Below, piece by piece: positions 35,346-39,205 of a stretch of 39,205 bases of DNA (its first letter is position 1; every line of letters begins with the position of its first letter). This DNA is from a virus (lineage: Duplodnaviria > Caudoviricetes). The stretch spans positions 1 to 39,205 of the IMG/VR virus record IMGVR_UViG_3300010398_000019; one strand, given 5' to 3'. The notes beneath the pieces were generated by a model. That model saw nothing but the letters and a program-made list of their open reading frames with translations. It did no database searches and was not told the origin of the DNA. Both the position numbers and the translations under genes were made by a program.

Positions 35346-35754
35346 CTATAAAGCCCGCCTGTCGTTCTTCGCCGTCTCCGGACCGCTGCGCCTGGTCGAG
35401 CCCGAGCAGGCGACGGCGGGAGACCGAGATCCGCTGCAATCGGTCGATAGCCCGGAGCGCGAGCTTCGGATCCGGGAGCGGGCCGTTAACCGCCTGCCGC
35501 ATGATCATCTGTGCGGCTCGTTCGAGCCCGTCGAGCCGTTCGAGTTCGAGCGTTATCGCATGGTCGGCGAGCTTCGCGAGATCCGCGCCGCGGGCGGCGA
35601 GCGCCCGCTTAACGTCCATGCACGCCGCCGCCGCCGAGCTTAGATCCGGCTCCTGGTCGGCGATCTGCTGGAAAGTCGCCCCGGCCGCCCGCATCGCGAG
35701 AACCCGCGCCCGCCGCTCCGCGACCTGTGCCTGTTCCCTAGCCGACGCCGGCAT
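35296..35754 (-). CDS. terS: Terminase small subunit (N-terminal HTH)
   Basis: RRARVLAMRAAGATFQQIA...LELERLD...AIDRLQRI..RRRLLGLD...IDEIAARR; immediately upstream of TerL. Confidence 0.8.
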   Translation of the reverse strand: MPASAREQAQVAERRARVLAMRAAGATFQQIADQEPDLSSAAAACMDVKRALAARGADLAKLADHAITLELERLDGLERAAQMIMRQAVNGPLPDPKLALRAIDRLQRISVSRRRLLGLDQAQRSGDGEERQAGFIDEIAARRDRRRRAQGW

Positions 35755-36751
35755 TCCCGGCCCGTTCCGCCCGGCGGGCGACCTTCGCCGCGCAGTTCTC
35801 CCGGTGCTCCGCCATCACTTCGCCCGCTACCTCCCGCATCACGTCGGCCGCGGCGAGGTAGAGCGGCTCGTCGTAGACGGCGAGCGGCGTCCACGCCCAC
35901 GGCCGGAGCGTATGAAAGACCCGCGGTCCGCCGCGCCCGTTCGCATGCTTCGCCCGGACGCCGAGCTTTACCGCGTCCGGCGCGACCCGCTGAATCCCGA
36001 CCGTCCGCTTATGATCCGCGTACCCCGGGCGCATCCCGCCGCCGACCGACATGTCTTTCCGGTAGTGAAGCGGGAGGACGAGCGCCGCGGTCGCGTCGTC
36101 CGCGCCGGACCCGTACTGGTAGGCGTGCAAGATGTCCTCTTCTATCGGCCCGAAGTACGGTAGCCGCTCGTCTTCCCGGTCCGCCCGCTCGATAAAAAGC
36201 GAGTAGGGGAACCCGGCCCGGGCGAAGACGCCGACCTGCGAACCCGGGTGGACCGCGTCGAGTGACGCTCCCGTCATCTTCGAGTTAGTCGCGAGCGTCA
36301 CCGCGGCGAGGATATCGGCGTAGAACCCGAGCCCGCCGCGGCGCCGGACGACCTCTACCCCCGGCTGCCCGCCGAAGAACGCGCCGAGCCGGGCGAGGTT
36401 ATCGTCGAGTTGAAGGACGGCCCAGAAGCCGCGCTCCGCGGCGAGCCGGACCGCCGCTTCCCGCTCCGTGAAGCAGCCCAGGAACCCGCCCGGCCCAGCG
36501 TACGGGACGTCGCCGATCCAATGCCCGGCCGCGAACTCTTCCGCCCAATCCGCCGGGAACGTCGCGACCTCGAACCCGTCCCGGTCATAGCCGCCCGCCC
36601 GGTCGTCGCGGACGAGCCAGACCGGGTCGGCGGTCACGCCGACGAGCGACCCTAGGAACCGCGCCGTCTTCCGGTCGCGGAGCGCCGGCCGGTTCCCGGA
36701 GATCGCGACCGGGAGAATCCCGGCGAGCTTACCGGTCGGGGTAACGGACAT
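35738..36751 (-). CDS. TAGT/GREB1-like DNA-base glycosyltransferase (GT-A fold)
   Basis: ISGNRP...T, VWLVRDD...Y, R..A...A...G...LQLDDN, YSLF, EED, GGM...Y...P layout matches TET/JBP-associated glycosyltransferases; lies between ParB and TerS. Confidence 0.6.
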   Translation of the reverse strand: MSVTPTGKLAGILPVAISGNRPALRDRKTARFLGSLVGVTADPVWLVRDDRAGGYDRDGFEVATFPADWAEEFAAGHWIGDVPYAGPGGFLGCFTEREAAVRLAAERGFWAVLQLDDNLARLGAFFGGQPGVEVVRRRGGLGFYADILAAVTLATNSKMTGASLDAVHPGSQVGVFARAGFPYSLFIERADREDERLPYFGPIEEDILHAYQYGSGADDATAALVLPLHYRKDMSVGGGMRPGYADHKRTVGIQRVAPDAVKLGVRAKHANGRGGPRVFHTLRPWAWTPLAVYDEPLYLAAADVMREVAGEVMAEHRENCAAKVARRAERAGNAGVG

Positions 36752-37319
36752 CGACGACCCCAGCGATCTTCATGATCTCCGGCCCGGCCCGGTCCCGATC
36801 CTCCGCCGACGCGAAGAGAACCGTAACCGTATGCTGAACGCCGAAGAGCCCGGCCGCGTCGTCTTCGAGGTCGAGCGTCCCGGCCGGGAGCGCCTCGAAC
36901 CCGCCGATAACCTTCCGCCAGTCCGCGAGGTCGAGCACCTCGCCGAACGCGCCGTCGAGCCCGTCGAGTTCCCGCGCTAGAAGCCCGTAGTCCCAGACGG
37001 CGTAATCGTGCGTCCGGTTATCCGCGACCCGGTACGCCCGGACCTGCTCCGCCGAAAGATGCTCCGCGACGACGACCGGAGCGACGTCGAGCTTAAGCCG
37101 GATCGCCGCGAGCCGCCGGACATGCCCGACGATGACGACGAAGTCCGGATCGACGACTATCGGCTGTTCCCACCCGAACTCGCGGATCGACGCCGCCGTC
37201 TGAACGACCGCCTTATCCGAGATCCGCCGCGGGTTCCCCGGGTACGGCCGGATCGACCGGACCGGGACGACCCGGACCTCCGGAAGCGGAACGACCGCCG
37301 GCTCGCCCATGTCCGCCAT
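36729..37319 (-). CDS. ParB/Srx N-terminal domain protein
   Basis: IRPYPGNPRR, SIREFGWEQPIVVD, IVGHVRRLAA, AYRVADNRT, WDYGLL. Confidence 0.9.
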   Translation of the reverse strand: MADMGEPAVVPLPEVRVVPVRSIRPYPGNPRRISDKAVVQTAASIREFGWEQPIVVDPDFVVIVGHVRRLAAIRLKLDVAPVVVAEHLSAEQVRAYRVADNRTHDYAVWDYGLLARELDGLDGAFGEVLDLADWRKVIGGFEALPAGTLDLEDDAAGLFGVQHTVTVLFASAEDRDRAGPEIMKIAGVVDVRYPDR

Positions 37320-37710
37320 AGCTCGAACCCTTCCGGATGTTACAGATTAGATGCGCTAGCTGCCCGTTCGCTATCGTGTGCGCTCCGCCACGGGCGACCG
37401 GGACGACATGATCGAAGCTCGGTCCCATGAGCCCGGAAGGCTCGACGACCTCGAACCCGCATATCCCGCAGTCCGGGCCGTCCCGGTCGATAACCGCCCG
37501 GAGCCACGCTCGCGGGACCGGAGCCCGAGCCCGGGTATCGTCCCACTCGTCGCGGCATCGGTCCGAGCAGACGAACTCGTTCCCGGACGGGTAGAACTCC
37601 GTCCCGCAGACCGGGCATTCGGCGCCCGGCGGGACCGGCCACGCGAGCCGAAGGAACGGCCGGCACTTCCGGCACCCGCACGGACGGCCGGACTCGGGCG
37701 CGAGCACCAT
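37213..37710 (-). CDS. HNH endonuclease with N-terminal zinc ribbon
   Basis: CPVCGTEF...CSDRC; RDGPDCGICG...SFDHVVPVARGGAH...NGQLAHLICNIRKG; 3' end overlaps ParB by about 107 nt. Confidence 0.85.
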   Translation of the reverse strand: MVLAPESGRPCGCRKCRPFLRLAWPVPPGAECPVCGTEFYPSGNEFVCSDRCRDEWDDTRARAPVPRAWLRAVIDRDGPDCGICGFEVVEPSGLMGPSFDHVVPVARGGAHTIANGQLAHLICNIRKGSSYGGHGRAGGRSASGGPGRPGPVDPAVPGEPAADLG

Positions 37711-37759
37711 AGACCGAGGTTACGCGGCGTGTCGGACACCTTCGCCCGCTACGGACCGT

Positions 37760-38230
37760 AACGCGACACGCCGTAACCGCGCCGGTTACAGCGCGTAGGA
37801 GTGGAGCGCGCCGCCCACCGCCATTATTTGACCTATTCCTTACGCCCGCCCGTATAATGGCGCGAAGAATGGCCGTATAAAGAAATGCTAACACGTCGGG
37901 GAGAGAAATGAATAGACGAGTGCGTTCCTCAGCAATCCATTCTAGAAAAAACGCTGTTGTTTATGGGAATGGCAACAGCGCTGGTCACAGCCCTGAACTG
38001 CCATTCTTCGTGTTTGTGATCATGCTGCGGGAGGTCCCGGGAATGGTCGAAGAATGGTCAGCGCCTTTGTTCTGTTGCTGCTGCCTGTCAGGCTAGTGGG
38101 TGGTTGCTCGGCCGTGATTAATGGCGGCGTGTTTCTTTTATGGTGGCTAGGGTGGAGGATCATGCCCAGATTGGGGGCTGTTTCGTAGCTGTTGTGGAGG
38201 ACGTCCCCACGTTCCCTACTGGCTAGGTTG
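37760..38230. other. Lower-GC non-coding region, putative genome end / packaging (cos) region
   Basis: Between an HNH-like gene and the terminase operon; minus strand reads GTTTTTTCTAG...ATTTCTCTCCCC at about 37898-37952; composition differs sharply from the rest of the window. Confidence 0.45.
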
Positions 38231-38365
38231 GTTACTGTGGGGTGATGCGCCATGTGGCGCCGGGGTGGCCATGCTCCGGGCATGCCGGGGCGGTTACTAG
38301 CCAGCGCCTATCGGTGGATCTCGGGCAGAGGCAGGCCGGGACCGGGCGGGTAGCTGCCCATATGG

Positions 38366-38599
38366 CTAGGCCGATAGCGGCGGGCCGGGGCGGTTCGTCC
38401 GGCGGGTAGTTCCGATCCGAGCCCAGAGGATCCCGGCTTGCTGAGCGGTTACGCACCATGCCCGGCCTTCCCGGTCTAGGTAGTGGACATGTTCGCCGAG
38501 CAGGGCGGTTGCGATAGTAAGGTCGCGGAGCCATAGGGTCCGGCCGTTACGTCTCGATGCGGCGTAGGCGAAGCCGGGTGGGTTAGCCGCGTCTACCAT
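38366..38599 (-). CDS. Hypothetical protein (77 aa)
   Basis: GGAGAG upstream; overlaps the stop of the HNH-like gene. Confidence 0.45.
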   Translation of the reverse strand: MVDAANPPGFAYAASRRNGRTLWLRDLTIATALLGEHVHYLDREGRAWCVTAQQAGILWARIGTTRRTNRPGPPLSA

Positions 38600-38934
38600 G
38601 CTCTCCGCCGGGCCGGTCGTCTCCGTGGCTTGACGCTCCGGGCTACGGACGGACGGACGATCCCCATAGCCCGGAGTTGGTTACCGAGCCTAGCGCCGGC
38701 GGCTCGGTTACACCGGGCGTGGGCTAGGAGCTTCGTCGGTTCGATGACCCGGCCGGTCATGCGGGCGTATAGCTCGCAGAGGACTCGGGCCGGGAAGTCG
38801 TCGAGGTCGAGCCGGTGTCGCCTACGGTCCATCGGGCGCCGGCATCTTGGGCAGAGGTCGGTGCCGTCGCGGAGCCGTTCTAGCTGGCGGGCTCGTTCTT
38901 GTTCGTGGTCGTAGCCGAGCCCGGGATCGGCCAT
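38593..38934 (-). CDS. HNH-like protein (packaging-associated type), active-site His apparently replaced by Asp
   Basis: ATG at 38934; GLGYDH...CPRCRRPM...LDLDD...LAHARCNRAAGA. Confidence 0.7.
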   Translation of the reverse strand: MADPGLGYDHEQERARQLERLRDGTDLCPRCRRPMDRRRHRLDLDDFPARVLCELYARMTGRVIEPTKLLAHARCNRAAGARLGNQLRAMGIVRPSVARSVKPRRRPARRRAW

Positions 38935-38958
38935 CGTTAGTCGGCTATCGTCGGGTGC

Positions 38959-39192
38959 ATGAGGTCTATCCTCGCCGCCGTCGCCGCGGTCGTAGCGGTG
39001 GCTCTTGCCGTAGGTTGCGGCGGGTCGAAGCCGAAGCCGGACGTCGCGGCGTGTAAGTCGGCGATGAAGCACGCCTACGCTCAGGCGCTCTCGAACCCTT
39101 CGGCGGCTCCGGCGACCCGGCCGCCGGCGTGCGCCGGGGTGGACGACGCGACGCTACGGAAGCTCGCGGCTCAGATCCTCTCCGGTAACTAG
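38959..39192 (+). CDS. Small lipoprotein
   Basis: Signal peptide with lipobox LAVG-C; two further Cys (ACK...PPAC). Confidence 0.8.
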   Translation: MRSILAAVAAVVAVALAVGCGGSKPKPDVAACKSAMKHAYAQALSNPSAAPATRPPACAGVDDATLRKLAAQILSGN

Positions 39193-39205
39193 CCGCGTAG
39201 TCCGC

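Larger units (their letters stand above)
1..39205. mobile_element. Tailed dsDNA phage/prophage segment (HK97-type siphovirus, likely actinobacterial host)
   Basis: Ordered terminase-portal-protease-capsid-tail-tape measure-lysis module on the minus strand; high GC; DUF1906-type lysin; no host housekeeping genes seen. Confidence 0.97.

Noticed and set aside
36729-37319. ParB as evidence of a plasmid-prophage partition system
   Set aside because: Only the ParB/Srx N-terminal domain is present, with no HTH, no ParA and no parS array; the context is terminase and DNA modification
37908-38283. Short ORFs in the low-GC island (37908..38096 plus, 38020..38283 minus)
   Set aside because: Codon usage unlike the phage genes and no motifs; more likely non-coding packaging-region DNA
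1-39205. Integrase, att sites, reverse transcriptase/DGR, tRNA genes
   Set aside because: None recognised in this window, so lifestyle (temperate or lytic) cannot be determined from it

Overview
The whole window is part of a high-GC tailed phage genome (siphovirus, HK97-type head, probably infecting Actinomycetota). It is either a prophage or a circularly permuted contig; no integrase is visible. Most of it (about 7.5-37.7 kb, minus strand) is the late operon. In transcription order: HNH, ParB-N, TAGT/GREB1-like glycosyltransferase, TerS, TerL, portal, multidomain prohead protease, major capsid, a glycosyltransferase-glycosyltransferase-methyltransferase cassette, beta-rich virion proteins including a repeat-shafted fibre, head-tail genes, major tail, frameshifted tail chaperones, tape measure with NlpC/P60, minor tail proteins, and a lysis cassette (DUF1906 lysin, permuted papain-like amidase, holin). 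The left 7 kb holds a C5-cytosine methyltransferase (runs off the window and is absent from the ORF track), a membrane-anchored HNH, an XRE regulator with divergent promoters, DUF932 and a thermonuclease. The most unusual signals are: (i) CpA/TpG depletion with TpA excess in the regions I counted, not seen in a ~0.4 kb island next to the putative packaging site, in a phage that encodes both a C5-MTase and a ParB-TAGT-TerS coupled module; (ii) a likely virion-glycosylation cassette directly behind the capsid gene; (iii) a ~270 nt structured plus-strand RNA candidate and displaced membrane genes where the tail terminator is expected; (iv) a three-hairpin capsid leader with a repeated loop motif. 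All family assignments come from reading motifs by eye, not from database searches.
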